A stretch of DNA of 64,000 bases from Helicobacteraceae bacterium. Lineage in GTDB: Bacteria; Campylobacterota; Campylobacteria; Campylobacterales; Helicobacteraceae. This document shows, in pieces, positions 29,740 to 39,679 of this stretch; position 1 is the stretch's first letter, and each line of letters begins with the position of its first letter. The stretch is taken from NCBI GenBank assembly GCA_900766555.1, contig CAAFVR010000008.1:1-64000 (forward strand), in the 5' to 3' direction. The position numbers and the translations under genes were made by a program. The notes beneath the pieces were generated by a model. That model made no database searches, was not told the origin of the DNA, and saw only the letters and a program-made list of their open reading frames with translations.

Positions 29740-30421
29740 AGATAAAATCATGAAGTTTTGCTTCCATGAGCTTGCCTCAGATGCGCATTTAGAGCTTAGG
29801 GGCGAAGCTTTTAATCATATTTTTAATGCCAGGCGCGCTAAGAAATTTAAAGAACTAGCCCTCTGTAATTTAAAAGATAATTATTTGCATTTTTATACAA
29901 TTTCAGAACTAAGCAGATCTAGCGCAAAACTCATATTAAAAAATAGTCAAAAAATAGTCCAAAATCTAGTTCCAAAGCACATAATATGGGCCTTAGTCGA
30001 ATCAAAAGTAATTGAAAAAACGCTACCTTTTTTAAATGAATTAGGCATAACAAAGCTAACATTTTTTAGATCCCAAAGAAGCCAAAATATAGAGCTAGAT
30101 TTCAACAGGCTTAATAAAATATTGATCCAATCTTGCGAACAATGCGGCAGATTAGACCTAATGAATGTTGAGCTTTTAGAAAATTTAGAGCAAGTATTTT
30201 TGCATTACAAAAATTGCATTTTGCTAGATTTTAGCGGGGATTTGAACGCAGATTTTAGCGATATAAAAAGCATAATAATTGGTCCTGAGGGCGGATTTAG
30301 CGGATCTGAGCTTGAGTTAGCGCAAACAAAAGCTAAGATTATGCGACTAGATAATCCACTCATTTTAAAGAGTCAAACGGCTGTTATTTTTGCATCAACA
30401 TTATTTCCTAGATCTAATTAG
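29717..30421 (+). CDS. rsmE: 16S rRNA (uracil1498-N3)-methyltransferase RsmE
   Basis: C-terminal IIGPEGGFSGSELELA...ILRTETA-like SPOUT motif. Confidence 0.7.
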   Translation: MYFLACHEDKIMKFCFHELASDAHLELRGEAFNHIFNARRAKKFKELALCNLKDNYLHFYTISELSRSSAKLILKNSQKIVQNLVPKHIIWALVESKVIEKTLPFLNELGITKLTFFRSQRSQNIELDFNRLNKILIQSCEQCGRLDLMNVELLENLEQVFLHYKNCILLDFSGDLNADFSDIKSIIIGPEGGFSGSELELAQTKAKIMRLDNPLILKSQTAVIFASTLFPRSN

Positions 30422-30894
30422 CCGACACAATTTAATGTGATTTTAAAGCCATTTTGTGGATTAAAAGTATCTTTATCAAAGAGTTTTAAGACATGCATAT
30501 TTATAGCTTCGCCCTTTAAAACTAGATTAATTTTATGAAGCGGTTTTATAAAATCTTTGACTTGATTTATAAGTCCAGATCCTCTTGGTTGATGAATTGA
30601 AATCAAGCAAAATCTAGGCTCGCTAAGCCCGACATTTCTAAACTTCAGATCTAGCAAAAATGCATTGCTATAGCTCAAAATTTTGGAATTATTTTGGATT
30701 ATTTGCGTCTTATAAAATAGCTCTTTTTCAGATTTCATTATCACAAATGGAGTCGCTATAAAAATGCCAAAACTAATGACAAAAAATATTATTGCAACCC
30801 AGCGTTTTTTATAGAATATGACGCCTAGGATTATGAAAATTGCAGCGATAAAAAAGCAAACTAGAAAAACTAGTATTGCGATTTTTGGTATCAA
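30418..30894 (-). CDS. membrane protein, possible NfeD-like partner of the SPFH protein
   Basis: 158 aa with 2 N-terminal TM helices. Immediately downstream of the band-7 gene. Confidence 0.3.
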   Translation of the reverse strand: MIPKIAILVFLVCFFIAAIFIILGVIFYKKRWVAIIFFVISFGIFIATPFVIMKSEKELFYKTQIIQNNSKILSYSNAFLLDLKFRNVGLSEPRFCLISIHQPRGSGLINQVKDFIKPLHKINLVLKGEAINMHVLKLFDKDTFNPQNGFKITLNCVG

Positions 30895-31965
30895 TTATTT
30901 TGAATCTGCGCTAAGCGCCTTTTTCTTGCTATCAACCCATAGATTTGGCACTGCGCCTCCAGGCAAAAGGAAGATTTGAGCATCTTTATTTTCTTTCAAA
31001 GCGTCATTAAAGCGCCCTTGAACTTCGATTTCGCGCAATTTTAATAATCTCTCATTTAGACTTTCTCCCAAAAGACGGTTTGCGCTAGCATTTGCCCTAG
31101 CCTCAATTAATATTGCATCAGCTGAACCTTGTGCGCGTATACGATTTGCCTCCGCATCACCTTTTGCAAGAGCTGCTACTTTTTCGGCTTCTTGTTTGGA
31201 TCTGTCAACTTCATAGCGCACTCGCTCGGCTTCTTGTCTTGCAATTTGCACTTTTTCTATTTGGTCGCGTATATTTGGCGGGAGAACTATTTCGCGCAAT
31301 TGCACAGAGCTTAGATCTACAGGTTGATTTGCGCGCCTATCTACATTTTCCCTTATGCCCTGCTCTATTAGCGTTGCAATTTCATTACGCTTTATTGGTA
31401 GTTCTTCAGCGGGATAACGTCCGATTACATTACGCACAACATCGCGCACGATTGGATTTATTATTATTTGCTCCCAGCCTAGGCCATAAGTTGCAAGTGT
31501 TAAAGAAGCATTTTGCGGATTTAGATTATATTGCACGGTTAGCTCGATACTTACGGTCAAACCGCGTGAATCCATAACATTTATCGCATCATTACGAAAG
31601 ATCCCCTCATTTCGCCCTAACACACCCAAATTTTCCGTTTGGCTAAAATTTATTGCTCTAACTTTTGTATCAACTACGATTATGCGCTGAATTACTGGGA
31701 TAAAAAAGCGTATGCCAGGCTGAAGTGGCGTTTTGTCATATTCACCAGCTGTAACTTTTACGCCAACTTCACCAGAATTTATAACGACAAATGGACGAAA
31801 GGCAATTAAAATCAAAACGATAATAATTGCTATTACAAGCAAGGCGATGCTTTTTGTCGAGAAATTTGGATTGTATTTTTTAGGCGATGGGCTAAATCTA
31901 TCGCCTCCGCCGCCGTTTGAATCAGATCTGCGCTTTTTTAGATGTTCATTTAGATCTATTGGCAT
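30895..31965 (-). CDS. SPFH/band-7 family protein (HflC/HflK/stomatin-like)
   Basis: N-terminal TM helix, SPFH core and a coiled-coil tail (QIARQEAERVRYEVDRSKQEAEKVAALAKGDAEANRIRAQG). Confidence 0.75.
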   Translation of the reverse strand: MPIDLNEHLKKRRSDSNGGGGDRFSPSPKKYNPNFSTKSIALLVIAIIIVLILIAFRPFVVINSGEVGVKVTAGEYDKTPLQPGIRFFIPVIQRIIVVDTKVRAINFSQTENLGVLGRNEGIFRNDAINVMDSRGLTVSIELTVQYNLNPQNASLTLATYGLGWEQIIINPIVRDVVRNVIGRYPAEELPIKRNEIATLIEQGIRENVDRRANQPVDLSSVQLREIVLPPNIRDQIEKVQIARQEAERVRYEVDRSKQEAEKVAALAKGDAEANRIRAQGSADAILIEARANASANRLLGESLNERLLKLREIEVQGRFNDALKENKDAQIFLLPGGAVPNLWVDSKKKALSADSK

Positions 31966-31974
31966 TAATTTCCT

Positions 31975-32904
31975 TTAAATGATTGTGAGATAGTGCGCGT
32001 ATTTTGCGTTTTTGTTATTTACGACGTCAAAATAGGCTTCTTGGATTGCTTTTGTGATTTTACCAACTTTGCCAGATCCGATGATTCTAGAATCCAAGCT
32101 ATTAATTGGCGTGATTTCAACCGCCGTGCCGGTGAAAAATGCCTCATCAGATATATAAATTTCATCTCGCGTGACTTGCCTTTGCGTTATTTTAAAGCCC
32201 AAGTCTTTTGCGATTTCAATTGTGGTTTTTTGCGTTATTGACTCAAGAGAACTTGTATGAGTTGGCGTAATCAGTTCATTGTCGCGCACGATAAAAATGC
32301 ATTCGCCGCTACCCTCAGCCACGAGTCCCGTATCATCTAGCAAAAGTGCCTCTTCATATCCGCATTCGAGCGCTTCGTATTTTGCAAGTTGTGAATTTAG
32401 ATAATTTGCAACGAGCTTTGCTTTGTTCATATTTGATTTTATTGAATTGCGCGTAATTGAGCTTGTTTTTACACGTACGCCATTTTTTAGCGCTTCTTCG
32501 CCCAAATATGCGCCCCATTCCCAAGCTGCGATACCAACTTGCACTGGCGCATTAATATGCGTAAGACCCATAGTGCCATAGCCTAAAAAGACCAAAGGTC
32601 GCAGATAGATCCCAGAACTAAAGCTTTTTTTGTTAGATCTGATTAGTTCTATTTGCGCATTTATTAATTCATCATAATTATAAGGGCATTTGATAGCGGC
32701 AATTTTGCAAGATTCCAAAAGGCGTTTTGTGTGATCTTGCAAGCGGAAAATCGCAATATCTTTGCCATCATTTACCAAATATCCGCGCAGTCCCTCAAAA
32801 GCGCCATTTCCATAATGCAGCGTATGCGTTAAAAAATGCACTTTCGCCTCATCCCACGGGAGTAATTTGCCATCTAGCCATATAAAATCAAGTTTTTTCA
32901 TCAT
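31975..32904 (-). CDS. ilvE: branched-chain amino acid aminotransferase
   Basis: MKKLDFIWLDGKLLPWDEAKVHFLTHTLHYGNGAFEGLR N-terminus. The ORF-track start at 33090 is probably an upstream artefact. Confidence 0.85.
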   Translation of the reverse strand: MMKKLDFIWLDGKLLPWDEAKVHFLTHTLHYGNGAFEGLRGYLVNDGKDIAIFRLQDHTKRLLESCKIAAIKCPYNYDELINAQIELIRSNKKSFSSGIYLRPLVFLGYGTMGLTHINAPVQVGIAAWEWGAYLGEEALKNGVRVKTSSITRNSIKSNMNKAKLVANYLNSQLAKYEALECGYEEALLLDDTGLVAEGSGECIFIVRDNELITPTHTSSLESITQKTTIEIAKDLGFKITQRQVTRDEIYISDEAFFTGTAVEITPINSLDSRIIGSGKVGKITKAIQEAYFDVVNNKNAKYAHYLTII

Positions 32905-33109
32905 TGCACCTAAAGCAAATGCGTCAATATACCAAATTAGCAATTTATAAAGATATGAGCGCCTTAAAATGGCGCATTTTGTTTCATTTTTGCACATTTT
33001 TTTGGCAAATTTTGGATATTTGCTAAGAAATGCAAAGCACATCGGATCTAGCCTAAAAAAAGCGCTATTTTGAAACATGCAATTATCCAAATTGCATGAA
33101 GGAGATTTT

Positions 33110-34144
33110 ATGAAAGCAGCAAGATGGTTTGGTCAAAAAGATATTAGAGTTGTAGATGTCCCAGCTCCGAGCGTTGGGGATAATCAAGTTAAAATCGAAG
33201 TTAAAAATACGGGAATATGCGGTAGCGATTTGCACGAATATTTAGGTGGGCCGATTTTTATCCCAGCAAAAGAGCCGCATTTTTATTCCAAGCAAAAAGC
33301 ACCAATAACGCTAGGACATGAATTTTCAGGTCAGATCTGCGAGGTGGGTAAAAATGTGACAAATGTAAAAGTCGGAGATCGCGTAACTGTGGAACCAATA
33401 TTGGCTAAAAATGGCCTAGTCGGTAAATATAATCTAGATCCGCATCTAGGCTTTGTAGGGCTATCTGGCGATGGCGCTTTTGCAGAATTTGTAGTTGTAG
33501 ACGCAGGGCTTGTGTATAAACTCCCAGAAAATGTGGATTTTGAGCAAGGCGCGCTCGTAGAGCCATCAGCTGTGGCACTTTATGCGGTTAGAAAAAGCGG
33601 CATCCAAGCTGGCGATAGCGCAGCTGTTTTTGGGTGCGGACCAATTGGACTTTTGGTAATTGAAGCACTAAGAGCAAGTGGCGCAAATACGATTTATGCT
33701 GTTGAAGTGGCCAAAGAGCGCCAAGATAAAGCGCGCGAAATTGGCGCAATAGTGGTAGATCCGACCAAAGTAAATGCAGTTGATTTCATCCGCAAAGAAA
33801 GCGGCGGCGGCGTAGATTACAGCTTTGAAGTTACAGGCGTACCGCCAGTTTTGCAACAATCAATTGAAAGCGTGCATCATGATGGAACTTGCGTAATCGT
33901 AAGTATTTGGGAAAAGGAAGCGCAAATCCATCCAAATGAAATAGTCATCAAAGAAAAAACAGTAAAAGGCATAATCGCTTATAGAGATGTTTTCCCGCTC
34001 GTACTGCAATTAATGGAGAAGGGTTATTTTGCCAAAGAAAAATTCGTAACAAAGCGCATCAAGCTTGATAACATCGTACAAGAAGGCTTTGAAGCTCTCG
34101 TAAAAGAGAAAAATCAAGTAAAAATACTAGTCTCACCAAAATAG
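33110..34144 (+). CDS. Zn-dependent medium-chain dehydrogenase (2,3-butanediol/sorbitol dehydrogenase-like)
   Basis: GICGSDLHEY catalytic-zinc motif and a GCGPIGL Rossmann motif. Start set at MKAARW. Confidence 0.75.
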   Translation: MKAARWFGQKDIRVVDVPAPSVGDNQVKIEVKNTGICGSDLHEYLGGPIFIPAKEPHFYSKQKAPITLGHEFSGQICEVGKNVTNVKVGDRVTVEPILAKNGLVGKYNLDPHLGFVGLSGDGAFAEFVVVDAGLVYKLPENVDFEQGALVEPSAVALYAVRKSGIQAGDSAAVFGCGPIGLLVIEALRASGANTIYAVEVAKERQDKAREIGAIVVDPTKVNAVDFIRKESGGGVDYSFEVTGVPPVLQQSIESVHHDGTCVIVSIWEKEAQIHPNEIVIKEKTVKGIIAYRDVFPLVLQLMEKGYFAKEKFVTKRIKLDNIVQEGFEALVKEKNQVKILVSPK

Positions 34145-34255
34145 GGGTACTAGATCTGATCTAGTGAACAGATTTGGCAAACAAATTTGGGGGGTGGCAG
34201 ATATCAGATCGGATCTAGCAGAAGGTCTAAGAAGCGAATTTGGAAGTGAGGCTGA

Positions 34256-34960
34256 TTATAAAAACCAGCTTTCGCTGCCGGGTATCATGATGAAAATACC
34301 AACTAAAATTAGCAAGATTCCAGATACAACCTCTATTTTTCGAAAATGCTTTTTGATGAAATTTAAGAATTTAAATGCGCGAGATAAAAGTAATGATAAA
34401 AGTAAAAATGGCACGCCAAATCCGAGCACATAAACGCCAAGTAGCACTAGTGCGGTATTGGCTTGAAAACTGCCTAATAAAATTATGCTTGTAAAAATTG
34501 GCCCAATGCATGGGCTCCAGCCCAAAGATAGGCTCATGCCAAGTAAAATTGGACTTAGGAATTTGTTAAATTTCTTTTGATTTTGAGCAAGGTCTAAATT
34601 TTTAGTTTTGTATAAAAAGCTGAATTTGAAAAGTCCCAAAAAATGCAAACCAAATAGAATTACAACGCCGCCTGATACATATCTTAGCCATTGCGTTTGG
34701 AAGTTATCGATAATTTTTGCGATGCTTGCGCCAATTAGCACAAAAATAATGCCAAATCCGATGATAAAAAGTATGCTTTGTAGCAAAATCATTAATGTTG
34801 GTTTTTTGCTTTTTAGCTCACCTAGACTTTGGCCTGAAATATAAGAAATATAAGCTGGCAAAAGTGGCAGCACGCAAGGGCTAACAAAGCTTAAAATCCC
34901 AGCGATAAAAGCCGTAATAAGTGGCGCTTGTAAAAAGAAATCTTGTAAAAATGCATCCAT
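34256..34960 (-). CDS. ccdA: cytochrome c biogenesis / thiol-disulfide transporter CcdA (DsbD family)
   Basis: SFVSPCVLPLLPAYISYISG motif with 6 or more TM helices. Start set at MDAFLQ. Confidence 0.8.
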   Translation of the reverse strand: MDAFLQDFFLQAPLITAFIAGILSFVSPCVLPLLPAYISYISGQSLGELKSKKPTLMILLQSILFIIGFGIIFVLIGASIAKIIDNFQTQWLRYVSGGVVILFGLHFLGLFKFSFLYKTKNLDLAQNQKKFNKFLSPILLGMSLSLGWSPCIGPIFTSIILLGSFQANTALVLLGVYVLGFGVPFLLLSLLLSRAFKFLNFIKKHFRKIEVVSGILLILVGIFIMIPGSESWFL

Positions 34961-35018
34961 AAAAATCCTTTGTATAAATTGCTCATTAAAAGTTATAATC
35001 ATTTTCTTAAGGAAAATC

Positions 35019-36596
35019 ATGCAACTTTACAAAAATAAATCTCAAAATACACAAGATGCTCAAATGGACCCTCAAAAAAATGAGGATGAAAATAGCATTA
35101 CAGAATCTAATTTAGATGAAGTGACTTTTGAATCAATGGATTTGAGCAATCCAATCAAGCGCGCAATAAGCGATGCTGGCTTTAAAGCTCCAAGTGCGAT
35201 ACAAAAAGAGGCGATCCCAGTAATTTTAAAAGGTCGCGATATCATAGCTCAGGCTCAAACGGGAACTGGCAAGACGGCAGCTTTTGCGCTCCCAATTTTG
35301 GAAAAAATTAAGAAAAATGAGGGCATACAAGCTCTTGTGGTAACGCCAACTCGCGAGCTTGCGATGCAAATAAATGATGAGGTATTTAAACTCGGCAAAT
35401 ATATAAATGCTAAAACAATTTGCATTTATGGCGGACAAAGTATCAAAAAGCAATGTGATTTATTGCAGAAAAATCCGCATTTCATGATAGCCACGCCAGG
35501 GCGATTATTAGATCATTTAAAAAATGATAGGCTCAAGAATTTTGCCCCAAAATATATCGTGTTGGACGAATCAGATGAGATGCTTGATATGGGCTTTTTG
35601 GATGATATCGAAGAGATTTTTAATTATTTATCAGATGATATTCAAGTTATGCTTTTTTCAGCCACGATGCCAAAAGCAATTGCAAATCTAGCTAGCAAGA
35701 TATTAAATAATCCCGTTTCAATAAAAATAACTCCAACTACAAATATGACAAATGCCGATATAGAGCAGCGCTATTACATGATAAATGATAGAGAACGTAG
35801 CGATGCGATTATGCGACTTTTGGATACTGAGCTTGTGAGCAAGGCAATTGTGTTTACTCGCACAAAAAAGGAGGCATCAGATCTGAACATACTTCTGGAG
35901 TCCCGCGATTATAATTCACGCACATTGCATGGGGATATGGATCAGCGAGATAGAAGATCTGCAATTTTGGATTTTAAAAGTGGCAATTGTGATGTATTAG
36001 TGGCCACAGATGTGGCAAGTCGCGGGCTTGATATAAGCGATGTTAGCCATGTTTTTAATTATCATATGCCGCTAAATTCTGAAGTATATGTACATCGTAT
36101 CGGCCGAACTGGGCGCGCGGGTCGCAAAGGTATCGCGATAACGCTTGTAACGCCGCTAGAATATAAAGATTTAAAAAAGATCCAAAGTGATGTCGGATCT
36201 AAGCTTGAGCTTTATGAGATCCCGCAAACGCAAATATCTAGTAAAAAGATAATTCAAGAGATTTTGCAAACTCGCGTGGAAGATTGCGTTATTGAAATCT
36301 ATGAAGAGCTTAAAAATAATCTTGATAGCTCACAAATAATTTTAAAGCTCTTATCTATGCAAGTTGATGCTAAAGAAATTGGTATCAAGAATTTTAAAGA
36401 GATCGAAAAGCCCGCTAGATCGGATCTGAAGCATAAAGGCAATAGAGGCTCTAGAAATCAAAGAGGCAGAGGGCCTTTAAATGCCAGAAATAGCAGAGAT
36501 AGAAATGACAGAGAAAGTAGAAATAATAGAGATAGGCGTAATGATCGCGGCGGAGAGAAAAAGAGCACCAGAGGCAGAAGCAGCAGATCTAGATAA
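35019..36596 (+). CDS. DEAD-box ATP-dependent RNA helicase with an Arg-rich C-terminal tail
   Basis: AQTGTGKT, DEAD- and SAT-like motifs, HRIGRTGRAG. C-terminal RGNRGSRNQRGRG...RSSRSR tail. Confidence 0.9.
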   Translation: MQLYKNKSQNTQDAQMDPQKNEDENSITESNLDEVTFESMDLSNPIKRAISDAGFKAPSAIQKEAIPVILKGRDIIAQAQTGTGKTAAFALPILEKIKKNEGIQALVVTPTRELAMQINDEVFKLGKYINAKTICIYGGQSIKKQCDLLQKNPHFMIATPGRLLDHLKNDRLKNFAPKYIVLDESDEMLDMGFLDDIEEIFNYLSDDIQVMLFSATMPKAIANLASKILNNPVSIKITPTTNMTNADIEQRYYMINDRERSDAIMRLLDTELVSKAIVFTRTKKEASDLNILLESRDYNSRTLHGDMDQRDRRSAILDFKSGNCDVLVATDVASRGLDISDVSHVFNYHMPLNSEVYVHRIGRTGRAGRKGIAITLVTPLEYKDLKKIQSDVGSKLELYEIPQTQISSKKIIQEILQTRVEDCVIEIYEELKNNLDSSQIILKLLSMQVDAKEIGIKNFKEIEKPARSDLKHKGNRGSRNQRGRGPLNARNSRDRNDRESRNNRDRRNDRGGEKKSTRGRSSRSR

Positions 36597-36597
36597 T

Positions 36598-37059
36598 TTA
36601 GATTTCGCAAGCCTTGCTAATTGTATTTTTACTAAAATCAATTCGTTTTATAGCATTTTGCCATCTGCGTTTTTCGCATTCAGTCTCCGGTAGAAAGCTA
36701 TTTTTAATCTCAATTTTTTTGCCATTTTCGTATGCTAGCATTGTGAAATAAGCTGAATTTGTGTGTTGTTTTTCACCCGTTTTTGGATCTTCCGCTATGG
36801 CTTTAATGCCGATTTCTAGGCTCGTTTTGCCAACATAATTTACATTTGCTAATAAGTGCAAAATCTTGCCAATTTGGATTGGAGCGATGAAGCTTGCATT
36901 ATTTATAGCCATTGTTATTGTGCCAACTCCGCAAAATTTAGTAGCGCATGCATAAGCTACTTGATCCAAAATTTGCACGAGCGCACCGCCGTGCATCACG
37001 CCGCTAAAATTTGCGTAATTTGGTGTCACCAGAATTGAAGTTATGAATTCTCTACTCAT
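36598..37059 (-). CDS. hot-dog fold acyl-CoA thioesterase (YciA-like)
   Basis: 153 aa with a GGALVQILDQVAYACA motif. Confidence 0.7.
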   Translation of the reverse strand: MSREFITSILVTPNYANFSGVMHGGALVQILDQVAYACATKFCGVGTITMAINNASFIAPIQIGKILHLLANVNYVGKTSLEIGIKAIAEDPKTGEKQHTNSAYFTMLAYENGKKIEIKNSFLPETECEKRRWQNAIKRIDFSKNTISKACEI

Positions 37060-37150
37060 TTTTTATCCTTATGTAGCGATTTTATATTTTTTTACAAATC
37101 TTTGAGATATTTTTGTCACTTTTCATAAAGTTATGCGCATTTTTGTAACA

Positions 37151-38932
37151 TCATTCCACCGTCACGCTTTTTGCTAAATTTCTTGGCATATCAATGTCAT
37201 TTCCAATTTTTCTAGCGATTTCAAGACTTAGTAATTGCAGCGCAACCATCATCGCAAAAAATTCGCTCATATAATTTGAAAAGCTAGGGATTTTTATTAA
37301 ATCATCAGCGATATTACATTCTGCTGAGCTTATCACGCATATTGTGGCATCGCGCGCTGAGAGCTCTTGAATATTATTTAGCATTTTGTCAAATAATTTG
37401 TGGCGCGGCAAAAGAGCTATCGTAAAAAGATTTGAATCCACAAGCGCAATTGGCCCATGTTTCATTTCTCCACTTGCATAACCTTCCGCATGCAAATAAC
37501 TAAGCTCTTTTAGCTTTAGCGCGCCCTCAAGTGCCAATGGATAAAAAATATCCCTTCCGATAAAAAAGAAGCCATGCCCATGCAAATATCGCTTGGATAG
37601 TCTTTTGATGCGCTCATGCAGATCTAGCGAAACTTCTGTCGCATTTATGGCCTCAAAGATATTTTTAATTTCTTGTTGTTTATTTATATTGCGCCCAAAT
37701 TTTAACCCCAGATCAAGGGCAAAAATCCAGAGTACTAATACTTGCGTCGCAAAGGCTTTCGTGGAGGCTACACCCTTTTCAATACCAGCACGAGTTAGTA
37801 TATAAGAATCGCTAAGTCTTGTAAGTGAGCTTTCATCGACATTGCAAATTGATAGCGTTTTTGCGCCATTTGCTTTGGCTATTTTCATAGCTTCTAGCGT
37901 ATCGGCCGTTTCACCACTTTGGCTAATGCCTATAAAAAGTTCATCCGCATTTGTGACAAATTCGCCATATCGATATTCGCTTGCAATTATGACCTCCGTT
38001 TTAATCCCAGCTATGCGCTCTAGCAAATATTTTCCAACCAATCCTGCATGATAGCTAGTCCCGCAAGCGCAAATCGTAATAGATCTGATATCTGGGATAT
38101 TTATATCCAAGCTTATTTTATTGCTATCTAGATTTATGCGTCCCAAAATGGAGTTCATAAGCACATCTTTTTGCTCATAAATTTCTTTTTCCATGAAAAA
38201 TTCAAAGCCGTCTTTTTGTGCGCTTTCTTGCGTCAGATCCAATGTTTTTTTATTTTTGAATTCTCCAAAATTTGACTTATCTATGAAGCCAAATCTGCCA
38301 TCTTCAAGATATACAACTTCGCTAGATAGACCAATTAATGGCGCATTTGAGCTAGCAATATGTATTTCGCCGCTATTACTTTTACCAATTATTAGCGGTG
38401 CGCCATGCTTTGCATAAAAGATCCCAGATGGCTTTTTTGTAGTGATTAGCAATATAGCAAAAGCACCTTTTAGCGAATTTATAGTTTTTGCAAATGCGCT
38501 ATCTGGATCTAGTCCTTGCTTTAGATAATCTTCAAAAAGATGCACGATTATTTCACTATCAGTTTGGCTTGTAAAAACGCAACCCTTGGCCTCAAGTTCA
38601 CATTTTATTTCTGCATAATTTTCGATTATTCCATTGTGCACGATTGTAGTGTGCGCGCCAGCATGCGGATGCGCATTAATTTCTGTGGGCTTGCCATGAG
38701 TTGCCCACCTTGTATGCGCGATACCAAGGCCAGATTTTGGCGATTTGTATGAGCTTGTTTTGGTCTCCAAATTTACTAATTTGCCAGCGGATTTAAAAAT
38801 AGCTAGATCTAATTTTTCATCCAAAATAGCTAGCCCAGCTGAGTCATAACCTCTATATTCAAGCTCTTTTAATCCAGAAAGCAGAGTATTTTTAATGTCG
38901 TTTTCGCCGATATAGCCTATAATTCCACACAT
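37151..38932 (-). CDS. glmS: glutamine--fructose-6-phosphate aminotransferase
   Basis: MCGIIGYIG N-terminal nucleophile and two SIS domains. Confidence 0.95.
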   Translation of the reverse strand: MCGIIGYIGENDIKNTLLSGLKELEYRGYDSAGLAILDEKLDLAIFKSAGKLVNLETKTSSYKSPKSGLGIAHTRWATHGKPTEINAHPHAGAHTTIVHNGIIENYAEIKCELEAKGCVFTSQTDSEIIVHLFEDYLKQGLDPDSAFAKTINSLKGAFAILLITTKKPSGIFYAKHGAPLIIGKSNSGEIHIASSNAPLIGLSSEVVYLEDGRFGFIDKSNFGEFKNKKTLDLTQESAQKDGFEFFMEKEIYEQKDVLMNSILGRINLDSNKISLDINIPDIRSITICACGTSYHAGLVGKYLLERIAGIKTEVIIASEYRYGEFVTNADELFIGISQSGETADTLEAMKIAKANGAKTLSICNVDESSLTRLSDSYILTRAGIEKGVASTKAFATQVLVLWIFALDLGLKFGRNINKQQEIKNIFEAINATEVSLDLHERIKRLSKRYLHGHGFFFIGRDIFYPLALEGALKLKELSYLHAEGYASGEMKHGPIALVDSNLFTIALLPRHKLFDKMLNNIQELSARDATICVISSAECNIADDLIKIPSFSNYMSEFFAMMVALQLLSLEIARKIGNDIDMPRNLAKSVTVE

Positions 38933-38971
38933 GTTAATCCTTTGGATAATTTTACAAAAGTGAGGTAACTT

Positions 38972-39640
38972 ATGGAGTTTCAGCTCACACCATCTTGGCG
39001 CGAATTCTTAGGCTCAAAAATGCAAGATCCTAGGATTTTGAAATTGCAAGAAAATTATTTTCGCGCATTGCAAAAAGAGGTGGTTTATCCGCCAAAACAT
39101 TTGCTTTTTAACGCGCTAGATCTGATCTCTCCAGACAAAATTAAAATAATAATCCTAGGTCAGGATCCCTACATCGGATCTGAGCGCATAAATGGCATCA
39201 AAACCCCGCAAGCTATGGGGCTTAGCTTTTCTGTGGCGCGCAATTTCAAAGTGCCAGCTAGCCTTGCAAATATTTATGAAGAACTAAGGCGCACAAGAAA
39301 TTTTACAATCCCAAATCATGGAGATCTGAGCGCTTGGGCGCAAAGGGGCGCGCTTCTTTTGAATAGTATTTTGAGCGTGAAAGAGGGAGAGTCTAGATCG
39401 CACGCTAGCTTTGGTTGGGAATTTTTGAGCGACTTTATAATCTCTAAAATTTCACAAGAATTTAGCGGCTTATATTTTTTACTTTTTGGTAATTTCGCGC
39501 GCAAAAAACAGAGTCTAATAAATCCCAAAAAACATATTATTTTGCAAGCGCCCCACCCTAGCCCGCTTGCAGCTAGATCCGGCTTTAGTTTTATCGGATC
39601 TGGCGTGTTTAAAGATGTGGATTTTGATTTTAGGCTTTAG
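38972..39640 (+). CDS. ung: uracil-DNA glycosylase
   Basis: ILGQDPY and HPSPLAA motifs. Confidence 0.85.
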   Translation: MEFQLTPSWREFLGSKMQDPRILKLQENYFRALQKEVVYPPKHLLFNALDLISPDKIKIIILGQDPYIGSERINGIKTPQAMGLSFSVARNFKVPASLANIYEELRRTRNFTIPNHGDLSAWAQRGALLLNSILSVKEGESRSHASFGWEFLSDFIISKISQEFSGLYFLLFGNFARKKQSLINPKKHIILQAPHPSPLAARSGFSFIGSGVFKDVDFDFRL

Positions 39641-39679
39641 GGGCAGCTTTTGATATGATAGACATTTTTAGGATTTTTA

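Noticed and set aside
31975-33090. 371-aa version of ilvE with a 62-aa N-terminal extension
   Set aside because: The extension (MDNCMFQNSAFF...) is non-conserved and overlaps the divergent dehydrogenase start. The internal MKKLDFIW matches canonical IlvE N-termini.
34164-34433. 89-aa plus-strand ORF in the adh–ccdA spacer running into ccdA
   Set aside because: Mostly antisense to ccdA. The 5' part lies in a motif-rich palindromic spacer and there is no RBS.
36481-36693. 70-aa plus-strand ORF at the helicase 3' end
   Set aside because: Overlaps the Arg-rich tail of the helicase in another frame and extends into the convergent thioesterase gene. Artefact of GA-rich repeats.
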